Both the position numbers and the translations under genes were made by a program. Of a DNA stretch of 64,000 bases, positions 43,354 to 58,381 are shown one piece after another. This DNA comes from Eledone cirrhosa (Eukaryota), in contig OZ024743.1 in NCBI GenBank assembly GCA_964016885.1, positions 190,340,001 through 190,404,000 of the forward strand, given 5' to 3'. The notes below the pieces were generated by a model. It was not told where the DNA came from, made no database searches, and was given only the letters and a program-made list of their open reading frames with translations. Every line of letters starts with the position of its first letter. Position 1 is the first letter of the stretch.

Positions 43354-44117
43354 TAAAAACAAATAACGAAACGAAATTAAATTTCGTTTCGTTTGTAACT
43401 CACTTTTGTATGTCTGACGCTTAAACAATTAAGTTAAAGATGTACATCCATATATGTATACTGAAATACTAGTATGTATATGAATACACACACGTATACA
43501 TATGTAGGTGTACCAAGTTTTTTCACTGGTCACTTTACTGTGAGTGGCCAGCTATTCTGTATGTAAACACACAGACAAACCGGTTTTTAGAGTCATACTG
43601 GTTTTTGAGGAAACACCTCTCCTCTATTCTCCAGAAAGCCAGACAAGGAATATTGAACTAGTTTCGTTGTTGTTACAACTCATCAGCAATATTTACCTAT
43701 CTTCCGGCCTCTCTAGAGAATCGTAAAAGCACATATCGTTATATGCTTTTTCTATGAAAATTAGTAGTGGGCAGACTAATTTGCATAGAGTGTGAGTAAG
43801 TACCGGTTCAACGGAGACGATAAAAACAAATAACGAAACGAAATTAAATTTCGTTTCGTTTGTAACTCACTTTTGTATGACTGACGCTTAAACAATTAAG
43901 TTAAAGATGTACATCCATATATGTATACTGAAATACTAGTATGTATATGAATACACACACGTATACATATGTAGGTGTACCAAGTTTTTTCACTGGTCAC
44001 TTTACTGTGAGTGGCCAGCTATTCTGTATGTAAACACACAGACAAACCGGTTTTTAGAGTCATACTGGTTTTTGAGGAAACACCTCTCCTCTATTCTCCA
44101 GAAAGCCAGACAAGGAA
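43351..44117 (-). mobile_element. Second locus of the 470-bp retrozyme-like family (467-bp unit, ~1.6 copies)
   Basis: ataaaaacaaataacg at 43353 and 43820; clearly homologous to, but diverged from, 17491-18250. Confidence 0.9.
43650..43692 (-). ncRNA. Minimal type I hammerhead ribozyme
   Basis: AUAUUG-CUGAUGA-GUUGU(AACA)ACAAC-GAAA-CUA-GUU/CAAUAU. Confidence 0.93.
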
Positions 44118-45525
44118 CCTCAGAGACGCAAGGAGACGCTCAGATTTGTTTTCTATCTGCCTGCATAAATTCCATAGAACTTTTCACAAAGTATACAGTT
44201 AATATTCAATTCTTTATCAATTTAGAATCTTTTCTCAAAGGCACATATACATACACCTCTTTAAAATATACCCATCTACCTTACTTTAAAGGGCATTATA
44301 CACTCTATAATACTCGTTTACTCATTACCCTCATTCTATCTTCTCGTAAAACAATAACATTTGTTTTTGACATTTTGAATATTCATCCGCAATCATTATT
44401 ATTTTTTCTCTCTATCATAAATCTTTTTAATCTCAATTTCATCCTTAATTTATTATTATATTTTTTTTAATATATACTCATATATTCTTTAAAATATACC
44501 CATCTACCTTACTTTAAAGGGCATTATACACTCTATAATACTCGTTTACTCATTACCCTCATTCTATCTTCTCGTAAAACAATAACATTTGTTTTTGACA
44601 TTTTGAGTATTCATCCGCAATCATTATTATTTTTTCTCTCTATCATAAATCTTTTTAATCTCAATTTCATCCTTAATTTATTCTTATTTTTTTCTCCCCA
44701 TCAACGAACTCATTATTAATACATATGAATTCAATATACAAACTTTAACTTCACATTATTTTTCTCAAATCCTTCTACACATAAACCTTAACATTTTTCT
44801 CTTTGCTAATTTTGAAATTCCCACAATACATACATTTCTTCTTTTGACGTTAGAATATTCACCCACAATTATTATTTTTTTCTCTCTATCTTCATACATA
44901 ATTTCCCTTCGTTAATTTTCAAATTCCTTTAATTTATACATTATCTTCCAACGGTTCCCAACCTCTCTATATTAAAACATTATATCTTTTTCTCAGTTAT
45001 AAAAACTATCTCTTTCTCTCTTTCTCTCTATCACCCATCTCTCCCTTTCCACCTTCACTCTCATCTCCTCCCCTTTTTTTCATCCTTCCCCCCCCCTCCC
45101 TAAATAAAATATTTTTTCCTCGCACATATCCTCCCTTCGTTAATTTTCAAAATTTTTAATTTATACAGTATCTTCCAACGGTTTTCAACCCCTCTATATA
45201 TAATATATATCTCCTCTCAGTTATAAAAACTATCTCTTTCTCTCTATCACCCATCTCTCCCTCTCATCTCCTTCCCTTTTCATCCTTTTCTCCCCCCCCC
45301 CCTCTCTAAATAAAATATTTTTCCCAATATCACACATCAATCTAAAACCACTTTTCATATGTTGATTTAAAACTGCACTATCAACAAGTGTTTTTTAGCC
45401 TTCATATCATGTTCTCCTGTTTTATCTGATGAAAACACAAATATTATTGTTTGATGATGTTTGTTTTTGAAATGCGCATAATAAAATATATGGAACTCCT
45501 TTAACCATCTTTTGATCTTATATTT
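44118..45525 (+). mobile_element. Pyrimidine-rich non-coding element with two internal ~229-bp tandem duplications and a 3' HHR
   Basis: ctttaaaatatacccatc at 44259 and 44488; cccttcgttaattttcaaa at about 44905 and 45133. The 3' part recurs inverted at 62711-62846. Confidence 0.65.
45418..45488 (+). ncRNA. Type I hammerhead ribozyme
   Basis: UGUUUUAU-CUGAUGA-AAACA-CAAAUAUUAUU..GAUGAUGUUUG-UUUUU-GAAA-UGCGC-AUA/AUAAAAUA; palindrome AUGCGCAU. Confidence 0.88.
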
Positions 45526-45526
45526 T

Positions 45527-46982
<1,456 letters not shown>

Positions 46983-47552
46983 AAACATTTCAGGTTATAA
47001 ATAATGTAGTGATAATATATCGTTACGTTAGAGATGAACAGCGTACGTGTAGGTTTGCTCAACGAGTATAAATTATATTCCGGAGAAAATGTAGAAAAGA
47101 TGAATATAAAATGAAAGTGCTTTTTTTAAAAAAAAGGAATCTATTAGGTATTGACATATGTTTCTGTAACAGACGGAATACCTATGTATCGCTGCTTGCG
47201 TAATCATATAATGTCAGCAAGTATTCGACAGCAAATGTACAATCAGTTATAACTTCTTCAGAGATTTTGGATAAATTGGAAAAAATCAGAAAAATTGAAG
47301 TATTTATATTAGTTGTAATAGAGGAAGAAGAGAGGGGATAGTATATGAAAGATGGTAATTCAATTTACCGCTAAACAAGTATATAAAGGGTTTCTAATGA
47401 GAATACAATGAGTAAATGGTTTATTTGATCTAAATAAGAATTTTTGGGAGTGCCTATTTTAATCTATACTTGACCAATTGAACAATGGATGGTAATTTGG
47501 GTCTTACTTGTTCCTATATATATATAGAGATATATAGATATATATGTGTGTG

Positions 47553-47601
<49 letters not shown>

Positions 47602-47704
47602 TTATTAAAATATATTAGTCTTCAAATTTATTATTAATACTATATATATGTATATATATATATATATATGTGTGTGTATATATATATATATGTGTGTATC
47701 TATA

Positions 47705-47741
<37 letters not shown>

Positions 47742-47742
47742 C

Positions 47743-47779
<37 letters not shown>

Positions 47780-47836
47780 ATATATATATATATGTGTGTA
47801 TATATATATATATATATGATTATATATATGTGTGCG

Positions 47837-47871
<35 letters not shown>

Positions 47872-47889
47872 ATATATACATATATATAT

Positions 47890-47962
<73 letters not shown>

Positions 47963-47963
<1 letters not shown>

Positions 47964-48162
47964 TGGAATAAATGCTCTGAAATAGCGATATATATGTGAA
48001 TATAGACATAGAATATTCGAAAATACTCTGTATGTTTATAATAAACATTTTGAAGACCTAATCGCTATAGAATAGAATACGTCACGTATTACAATTAGAT
48101 TCTCGATAAAAGCAAGGGAAGTAATCTACGCGTTTCATTCTCGTTAGAAATCATCAGGACCA
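47963..48162 (-). mobile_element. Inverted partial copy of the 310-bp unit, including an HHR at 48121-48162
   Basis: Reverse complement of array sequence 48493-48693. Confidence 0.92.
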
Positions 48163-48358
48163 TTGAAGTATTTATATTAGTTGTAATAGAGGAAGAAGAG
48201 AGGGGATAGTATATGAAAGATGGTAATTCAATTTACCGCTAAACAAGTATATAAAGGGTTTCTAATGAGAATACAATGAGTAAATGGTTTATTTGATCTA
48301 AATAAGAATTTTTGGGAGTGCCTATTTTAATCTATACTTGACCAATTGAACAATGGAT

Positions 48359-51300
48359 GCTATTTCAGAGCATTTATTCCAATTTCTAATTTCTGCCGGA
48401 CCGGCAACCGCTCTTTCAAACCAGTTCCTGTACACAGCTAAGTATTCTATAAGTCTCTAGCTGTGTCATTCTCGATAAAAGCACTGGATATGTGGTCCTG
48501 ATGATTTCTAACGAGAATGAAACGCGTAGATTACTTCCCTTGCTTTTATCGAGAATCTAATTGTAATACGTGACGTATTCTATTCTATAGCGATTAGGTC
48601 TTCAAAATGTTTATTATAAACATACAGAGTATTTTCGAATATTCTATGTCTATATTCACATATATATCGCTATTTCAGAGCATTTATTCCAATTTCTAAT
48701 TTCTGCCGGACCGGCAACCGCTCTTTCAAACCAGTTCCTGTACACAGCTAAGTATTCTATAAGTCTCTAGCTGTGTCATTCTCGATAAAAGCACTGGATA
48801 TGTGGTCCTGATGATTTCTAACGAGAATGAAACGCGTAGATTACTTCCCTTGCTTTTATCGAGAATCTAATTGTAATACGTGACGTATTCTATTCTATAG
48901 CGATTAGGTCTTCAAAATGTTTATTATAAACATACAGAGTATTTTCGAATATTCTATGTCTATATTCACATATATATCGCTATTTCAGAGCATTTATTCC
49001 AATTTCTAATTTCTGCCGGACCGGCAACCGCTCTTTCAAACCAGTTCCTGTACACAGCTAAGTATTCTATAAGTCTCTAGCTGTGTCATTCTCGATAAAA
49101 GCACTGGATATGTGGTCCTGATGATTTCTAACGAGAATGAAACGCGTAGATTACTTCCCTTGCTTTTATCGAGAATCTAATTGTAATACGTGACGTATTC
49201 TATTCTATAGCGATTAGGTCTTCAAAATGTTTATTATAAACATACAGAGTATTTTCGAATATTCTATGTCTATATTCACATATATATCGCTATTTCAGAG
49301 CATTTATTCCAATTTCTAATTTCTGCCGGACCGGCAACCGCTCTTTCAAACCAGTTGCTGTACACAGCTAAGTATTCTATAAGTCTCTAGCTGTGTCATT
49401 CTCGATAAAAGCACTGGATATGTGGTCCTGATGATTTCTAACGAGAATGAAACGCGTAGATTACTTCCCTTGCTTTTATCGAGAATCTAATTGTAATACG
49501 TGACGTATTCTATTCTATAGCGATTAGGTCTTCAAAATGTTTATTATAAACATACAGAGTATTTTCGAATATTCTATGTCTATATTCACATATATATCGC
49601 TATTTCAGAGCATTTATTCCAATTTCTAATTTCTGCCGGACCGGCAACCGCTCTTTCAAACCAGTTCCTGTACACAGCTAAGTATTCTATAAGTCTCTAG
49701 CTGTGTCATTCTCGATAAAAGCACTGGATATGTGGTCCTGATGATTTCTAACGAGAATGAAACGCGTAGATTACTTCCCTTGCTTTTATCGAGAATCTAA
49801 TTGTAATACGTGACGTATTCTATTCTATAGCGATTAGGTCTTCAAAATGTTTATTATAAACATACAGAGTATTTTCGAATATTCTATGTCTATATTCACA
49901 TATATATCGCTATTTCAGAGCATTTATTCCAATTTCTAATTTCTGCCGGACCGGCAACCGCTCTTTCAAACCAGTTCCTGTACACAGCTAAGTATTCTAT
50001 AAGTCTCTAGCTGTGTCATTCTCGATAAAAGCACTGGATATGTGGTCCTGATGATTTCTAACGAGAATGAAACGCGTAGATTACTTCCCTTGCTTTTATC
50101 GAGAATCTAATTGTAATACGTGACGTATTCTATTCTATAGCGATTAGGTCTTCAAAATGTTTATTATAAACATACAGAGTATTTTCGAATATTCTATGTC
50201 TATATTCACATATATATCGCTATTTCAGAGCATTTATTCCAATTTCTAATTTCTGCCGGACCGGCAACCGCTCTTTCAAACCAGTTCCTGTACACAGCTA
50301 AGTATTCTATAAGTCTCTAGCTGTGTCATTCTCGATAAAAGCACTGGATATGTGGTCCTGATGATTTCTAACGAGAATGAAACGCGTAGATTACTTCCCT
50401 TGCTTTTATCGAGAATCTAATTGTAATACGTGACGTATTCTATTCTATAGCGATTAGGTCTTCAAAATGTTTATTATAAACATACAGAGTATTTTCGAAT
50501 ATTCTATGTCTATATTCACATATATATCGCTATTTCAGAGCATTTATTCCAATTTCTAATTTCTGCCGGACCGGCAACCGCTCTTTCAAACCAGTTCCTG
50601 TACACAGCTAAGTATTCTATAAGTCTCTAGCTGTGTCATTCTCGATAAAAGCACTGGATATGTGGTCCTGATGATTTCTAACGAGAATGAAACGCGTAGA
50701 TTACTTCCCTTGCTTTTATCAAGAATCTAATTGTAATACGTGACGTATTCTATTCTATAGCGATTAGGTCTTCAAAATGTTTATTATAAACATACAGAGT
50801 ATTTTCGAATATTCTATGTCTATATTCACATATATATCGCTATTTCAGAGCATTTATTCCAATTTCTAATTTCTGCCGGACCGGCAACCGCTCTTTCAAA
50901 CCAGTTCCTGTACACAGCTAAGTATTCTATAAGTCTCTAGCTGTGTCATTCTCGATAAAAGCACTGGATATGTGGTCCTGATGATTTCTAACGAGAATGA
51001 AACGCGTAGATTACTTCCCTTGCTTTTATCGAGAATCTAATTGTAATACGTGACGTATTCTATTCTATAGCGATTAGGTCTTCAAAATGTTTATTATAAA
51101 CATACAGAGTATTTTCGAATATTCTATGTCTATATTCACATATATATCGCTATTTCAGAGCATTTATTCCAATTTCTAATTTCTGCCGGACCGGCAACCG
51201 CTCTTTCAAACCAGTTCCTGTACACAGCTAAGTATTCTATAAGTCTCTAGCTGTGTCATTCTCGATAAAAGCACTGGATTTGTGGTCCTGATGATTTCTA

Positions 51301-52068
51301 ACGAGAATGAAACGCGTAGATTACTTCCCTTGCTTTTATCGAGAATCTAATTGTAATACGTGACGTATTCTATTCTATAGCGATTAGGTCTTCAAAATGT
51401 TTATTATAAACATACAGAGTATTTTCGAATATTCTATGTCTATATTCACATATATATCGCTATTTCAGAGCATTTATTCCAATTTCTAATTTCTGCCGGA
51501 CCGGCAACCGCTCTTTCAAACCAGTTCCTGTACACAGCTAAGTATTCTATAAGTCTCTAGCTGTGTCATTCTCGATAAAAGCACTGGATATGTGGTCCTG
51601 ATGATTTCTAACGAGAATGAAACGCGTAGATTACTTCCCTTGCTTTTATCGAGAATCTAATTGTAATACGTGACGTATTCTATTCTATAGCGATTAGGTC
51701 TTCAAAATGTTTATTATAAACATACAGAGTATTTTCGAATATTCTATGTCTATATTCACATATATATCGCTATTTCAGAGCATTTATTCCAATTTCTAAT
51801 TTCTGCCGGACCGGCAACCGCTCTTTCAAACCAGTTCCTGTACACAGCTAAGTATTCTATAAGTCTCTAGCTGTGTCATTCTCGATAAAAGCACTGGATA
51901 TGTGGTCCTGATGATTTCTAACGAGAATGAAACGCGTAGATTACTTCCCTTGCTTTTATCGAGAATCTAATTGTAATACGTGACGTATTCTATTCTATAG
52001 CGATTAGGTCTTCAAAATGTTTATTATAAACATACAGAGTATTTTCGAATATTCTATGTCTATATTCA
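48359..52068 (+). mobile_element. Non-LTR retrozyme-like tandem array: 12 x 310 bp, one HHR per unit
   Basis: tatttcagag recurs at 48361+310k (k=0..11). Only three substitutions seen (49357, 50721, 51280). No ORF. Confidence 0.93.
48492..48534 (+). ncRNA. Minimal type I HHR (unit 1; repeats every 310 bp to 51902-51944)
   Basis: GUGGUC-CUGAUGA-U-UUCU(AACG)AGAA-U-GAAA-CGC-GUA/GAUUAC. Predicted cleavage after 48528. Stem I is extended by a 16-bp perfect helix 48468-48483 / 48541-48556. Confidence 0.93.
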
Positions 52069-52185
52069 TATATATATATGTATATATATATATATGTGTA
52101 TATATATATATATATGTGTATATATATATATTTATATGTGTGTATATATATATATATTATATGTGTATAAATATATATATGTGTG

Positions 52186-52246
<61 letters not shown>

Positions 52247-52939
52247 CTGTATATATATATATATATTCTGGCATGACACCCATAATTTTGATTTAGATTA
52301 AATTCATTTTGATTTATCTTAATTTTGGATATAGATATATAAATACGGCTCCTTAATTGTAGAGATAACTCTGTTGAAAGGACTTGACTGCTGTTTCTAG
52401 TTGTAGATGACCCTAGTCACGCCACTGGGACGAAGCTGGTATGATGTTTGTATTTTTAGTAGATATAGCACGTGTTACTGGCCAGTTGCTGATTTGAACT
52501 TAATGCGTAAACACAGATCGCTGGACTTCTTCCTTGTTGAGAATCGGCCTCCGTCATTTACCAATCGATTAATTGGTGAAATATATTTCTTTAATGGAAT
52601 ATATACAAGGAAGATTAATCATATTATAAGGTATCTATTTTTAAAGTTCTAGTTAACTTTATTTAGTTACCTACTTAGCTATGTGTGCTTACACACTTGT
52701 AAAAATTATCCCCTGTGATTGTTTCATATGTTTATTTATATGTTAATCAATTTCTAGTTGTTATATATATATATATATATACGTATATATGTGTATGTGT
52801 GTATATGTATGTATGTATATATATATATATATGTGTGTATGTATGTGTGTGTGTGTGCGTTTATGTATGTACCTGTACGTGTATGTGTGTGTATATATAT
52901 ATATATATGTGTATATGTGTATGTGCATGTATGTTTATG

Positions 52940-52988
<49 letters not shown>

Positions 52989-53124
52989 ATCTATATATAT
53001 GTATATATGTATGTATGCGTATGTATGTATATATGTGTGTATATATATGTGTATATGTGTATATATATATGTATATATATATGTATGTGTGTGTATGTGT
53101 GTGTGTGTGTACATATATATATAT

Positions 53125-53864
53125 ATATCATAAATCATGTCCTTAGAATTATTAGATAAAATATATACCATTTCCTCTCCCAATTAGCATAATTAACAAT
53201 ATAAAAAATCAATTAGACCAGGCTATAAGAATAAAGGCTCCTATGAAGAAATTTTCGACAAATAACCGAAAGTGGCCTCTTCGCGGTGGCCCCAATAGAG
53301 TAATTATCCAACATTTCCCACAGCATGTAGAAACTGACTAAAAAACCGTCAACCATACACAATTATGTGTAAATTCAAACTTAGAAGAAATGTGTAGATA
53401 CCGTAATTATATCTCTACTATGGTTTCGTCCGTATTTTTAGACATCCTGTTATCAGGATATATCCAGATTAACAGACTCATCATGAGAAAAACTCAAGAT
53501 TAGACATTTAATTTTCCAAAAGATGGCTAAGAATCGTGACGTGGCAGTGGTCAAGTTAGAAAGTATGTGATTAGTTGCTTACGGCGGGTAGGCTTGTTGC
53601 TAGAAAGCGCAGCCCAATATCGCCCAATTGTATCTCAACCTAACGCGAGATTATTAAATATAATGATTTACATAAAGTTATAGATATATATGTGGCAACC
53701 GGGCACGCTATTTGGGAGAGGAAATGGTATATATATTTTATCTAATAATTCTAAGTACATGATTTATGATATATTGCTCTGATTATTTAATTTATTAATT
53801 CTTCATTGAGCCAAAACGTGACCGGTTGCCACATATATATCTATAACTTTATGTATATGTAAAT
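53125..53864 (-). mobile_element. Non-coding element with inverted ends and a degenerate HHR at 53412-53489
   Basis: 53125-53189 is the reverse complement of 53707-53772; 53663-53702 is the approximate reverse complement of 53822-53864. HHR: UCUC-AUGAUGA-GUCUGU..ACGGAC-GAAA-CCAUA-GUA/GAGA (C3A). Confidence 0.7.
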
Positions 53865-54016
53865 CTTTATATTGTATGTATATATATATGAGTATATAGG
53901 TGTCCGTGTGTATATATATATATGTGTGTATATATGTATTTGTGTAAGAGTCTGTATGTATATATCTGTGTATATGTATGTGTTTATATATATGTATATA
54001 TATGTGTGTGTGTATG

Positions 54017-54049
<33 letters not shown>

Positions 54050-54058
54050 GTATATGTG

Positions 54059-54109
<51 letters not shown>

Positions 54110-54537
54110 GTATGTATGTGTGTGTGTATGTGTACACACGCATATATATATATATATACACATATATGTGTGTCTGTATATAGGTATATGTATGTGTATA
54201 TATGTATTTATGTGCGTGTGTATGTGTGTGTGTGTGTGTTTGAGGGTGGGCGCGTGTGTGTTGGCGTGAATGCATGTAACCTTGTCCTACCTACCATTTC
54301 CACAGATGTTTCGATCAACTATTTGATATATATTTTGTTCAAAATTGTACTATAGAATAAGATAGTGTTTATTTCAATTGCAACTTGCTACTAAACTTCT
54401 TCCTCTAAATAAATTTGTTTTTTCTAAGAATCCCCATCCTTTAATCCCACCATAACCTCTACCACTCCTCCCCCCAACCACTACCCTTCCCTTACCATGA
54501 CAAAATGTATAAATACCAGAAATTTACATTGTCGGTC

Positions 54538-54588
54538 GGCTTTCTGATGATTTCCTCCGAATGAAACAGTTCTAGTCCTGTAGAAGCC
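54538..54588 (+). ncRNA. Type I hammerhead ribozyme
   Basis: GGCUUU-CUGAUGA-U-UUC(CUCC)GAA-U-GAAA-CAG(UUCUAGUC)CU-GUA/GAAGCC. Confidence 0.9.
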
Positions 54589-54687
54589 ATTTCTATATTA
54601 AATTACTTTTACTCTGCTATGTATTGAGTACCTTACTTACTGTGGTTATCCCCGATTTAACCCGGGATCTACATATATATATATATA

Positions 54688-55656
54688 TAGGCACCCGTTT
54701 TACGTGTGTTGTGTTGAGGCAAATAACTATCTGGTAATGTATCTTACATTGCCCATTGAGTGCGCTGAGATACAACCGCTACTGGCATTGACAAATATGC
54801 TGGGTCCGTCAAACCTTATTATTATTATCTCCCAACGAGCAGAATATTGAGAGTAAGTTAAACAATTTTTCACTTTTTATTGTGTTTTTGTTTTGATATG
54901 TACTCTTTTTCCTGATACTAATTTTGTCTCTCACTCTTTTAAGTTGTGAATTAGACTGGTTATCTACGCACGTGGCTGACACATTTCACCTCGCTACTAT
55001 ATTGGTATATAATGGATGGTCGCATTTAAAGTCCGTTAAAGGTTCTTGGCACTACCATTGTTACCATCGCTTTCCTCTAGCCATGGGGCTTGGAGACATG
55101 AACCGAATGCTACCATTCTATTTTATATCAATGTGACTGCTATTTCTAATAGCCATCTTTTCACCCCTTGATAATTTGTGTGTGAGACACGTTGGCTGAG
55201 GGCTTCTGACAGGAACTAATAGATTGATTCTTTTTAGTTTCCCGTCCCCACGTAACATTTGTAAATCAGTGGCTAGTTGAGAGATAGAGTCCTATCGGTT
55301 GCCAGTTAATCGCTTTACCGTGTCGGTTGTCACAAACAGTCATGACCGGCAAGGGCCGGTGTTTGGATTATGTCGATCGATTGGTTATTGATTAGGCGAT
55401 ACCCGCTGATGAAGCCGCATAAGTCGATTGTGCATCGTTGCATAATATATGCAGACAGATGGTGCAGTGCACCTTACTGCTGCATTAGTGCTGCAGAAAC
55501 TCGAGTCCGGGAACCTTCTAGGCACCCGATTTACGTGTGTTGTGTTGAGGCAAATAACTATGTGTATACTCTGGTAATGTATCTTACATTGTCCATTGAG
55601 TACGCTGAGATACAACCGGTACTGGCATTGATAAATATGGTCGTGTCGTCAACCCT

Positions 55657-55658
<2 letters not shown>
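54688..55658 (+). mobile_element. Non-coding HHR element, ~830-bp unit with ~130-bp terminal redundancy
   Basis: taggcacccg..gtcaa..cctta at 54688-54818 and 55519-55658; (TA)n on both flanks. Confidence 0.8.
55402..55511 (+). ncRNA. Type I HHR with a large structured stem II insert
   Basis: CCCG-CUGAUGA-A-GCCGCA..(~70 nt)..UGCUGC-A-GAAA-CUCGA-GUC/CGGG; palindrome ACUCGAGU. Confidence 0.85.
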
Positions 55659-55687
<29 letters not shown>

Positions 55688-56499
55688 ATATGTGTTTGTA
55701 TGTAGTATATATGGACTGTAGATACATTTACATATAGGGAAGTGAATATGTGAGCCAGTATGTCCCCCCCCCCACTTCTTCTCCCAGACCAATATCAACA
55801 ACATATCTTTGACAAATGTTCCCAAACTATCCTTCTTTTCTCCTTTTCCTGTTATCCCATTCTTATCAAAAGTCATGTAACTCACACCTCATTAAAACGC
55901 AGACAAACACCCAAATTCATCTTTGATATAGAAATTTGTAGAAGATATTCTTTATGGATTTGGAAGAGTTGATTCAGCTATGCCATTATATACTCATCAA
56001 ATGTTAGATAACAAAATAAAACCAGCAGGAGAGTAGGTTTACGTTCACCTTCCCAAACACCCTTATCTTACAACCTCACCATTTACTGAGTGTATATATA
56101 TGTGTGTGTGTATGTATACTTCAATTCCTCCGGACCATCATCAACACTCACTAACACCACACGCCACATCCAAATCTCTCTTATATATAGTCACACATTT
56201 CAACACAACCTGATCTCAGTTTGAAAATCACCACAGACAGACGAATGCAAGAAAGTTCTCCAACCCAAGTTAACCAGGAATCTCTAAAATTCTTCCCACC
56301 GAAGTTAACAAAGAACTTACTGGATCTACCAACTCATAATATTATAATATTTAAGTAAGTGCCGTACTAAGAGTGAGAAATGAAATTTCGTTTTCATTTT
56401 ATTTCAACTTATAATATTATATTATAACATTAAATCATAAATTGTTTAACACTACAAGTGAAGTCATTCTTTTCCTTTTTTTCAAATATATATATATAT

Positions 56500-56990
56500 A
56501 TAACCAAAGATTAATATGGTTCGTTGATTATTCATTATTCAACGAATACAATTTTACAATAGATTAGAAGCACTCAACGTGGGATTTTCCTGGAGTAGTT
56601 AATATTATTCAAAATATTAATAAATGAAAAATATTCTCATAATCAAAATATATATTTTATTATATATATTTCAAAGGTACAATGGTGTTTAAGTACGTTT
56701 TCATCAGACAAAATATAAGATTTGATATGCGACATATCGCTACGGTTTTGATTATTCAATTCCAGTAGTGGTAGTGATTTATTTTACCAACTCTCAACGT
56801 TTTGGGGAAATAAATCACTGCCAATACTGGAATTGAATAATCAAAACCGTAGCGGTATGTCCCATATCAAATCTTATATTTTGTCTGGTGAAAACGTACT
56901 TAAAGAACATTGTACCTTTGAAATATGTACAATAAAATATATATTTTGATTTTGAGAATATTTTTCATTTATTAATATTTTGAATAATAT
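56500..56990. mobile_element. Fold-back HHR element
   Basis: 56601-56782 is the reverse complement of 56809-56990. Confidence 0.85.
56652..56716 (-). ncRNA. Type I HHR (intact arm); the inverted arm at 56876-56940 has CUGGUGA and lacks U16.1
   Basis: AUAUUUUGU-CUGAUGA-AAAC-GUAC..GUAC-CUUU-GAAA-UAUAU-AUA/AUAAAAUAU. Confidence 0.85.
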
Positions 56991-57490
56991 ATATATATAT
57001 ATATACAGATATAGATATAGATATATAATATTGAACAATGAAACAACAAATAAGATCATGTTAAGTACTAATCCATTGATTTACGTTCCTTTCAGATAAA
57101 AACACACACAAAAAAATGTTCACGGTGTATTCACTAACATAGTAGATATGCAGCCTCATTGTAATAGTGCCGAAAAGCCAATCCATTCAACAATGGTTTA
57201 GGAACTTTATTAAAAAGAGATAAAAACAGAACATATAAGGTAATCCAAAGACATCGAGGTTGTAGCTAAATAAGGAAAGAAGAGAAAAATTAAAATAAAC
57301 ATTTTTTTTAATGAAATAATAAATACATTTATAAAACGATATGGACAATAATACATATATTTACTGCTATAAATCAGATAAGGAATTGATGACATCTCTA
57401 TACAAGTATCGGATAGAGAACTGTTTTGATTTCAATGTCCACTGTAAGAAACTAGGTTGACCACCAATAGCTTAGCCAGATCATATACTT

Positions 57491-57528
<38 letters not shown>

Positions 57529-57541
57529 CATATATATATAC

Positions 57542-57762
<221 letters not shown>

Positions 57763-57763
57763 C

Positions 57764-57794
<31 letters not shown>

Positions 57795-57815
57795 CATATA
57801 TATACATATATATAC

Positions 57816-57860
<45 letters not shown>

Positions 57861-57897
57861 CATATATATACATATATATATATATACATATACATAT

Positions 57898-57963
57898 GAT
57901 GGCTGCCCCCTCGTTATCGAGTATGGCCATTGCACAATAAAAAAAAAAAATAAAAAAAAATAA

Positions 57964-58029
<66 letters not shown>

Positions 58030-58056
58030 AAAAAAAAAAAAAAAAAAAGGGAAAAG

Positions 58057-58089
<33 letters not shown>

Positions 58090-58211
58090 TATACATATAT
58101 ATATATATACACGTATATATACACACACACATACATACACATACATACATATATACACACACACATACATACACATACACTCACACATATATACACACAT
58201 ACATTAATAAC

Positions 58212-58254
<43 letters not shown>

Positions 58255-58333
58255 GCAATAATAATAATAACGACAACAACAATAATAATATACATATTCA
58301 TATATATATACACACACACGCACGCACATAAGC

Positions 58334-58381
<48 letters not shown>

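Noticed and set aside
47146-47250. Possible minus-strand HHR (CUGAAGA..GAAA-CAUAU-GUC)
   Set aside because: Core words and a palindrome are present, but stem I does not pair and stem II is weak; at best a relic.
48359-52068. Array as a CRISPR locus or rDNA/snRNA cluster
   Set aside because: Units are identical with no variable spacers, there are no cas genes, the context is eukaryotic, and there is no similarity to 5S, tRNA or snRNA that I recognise.
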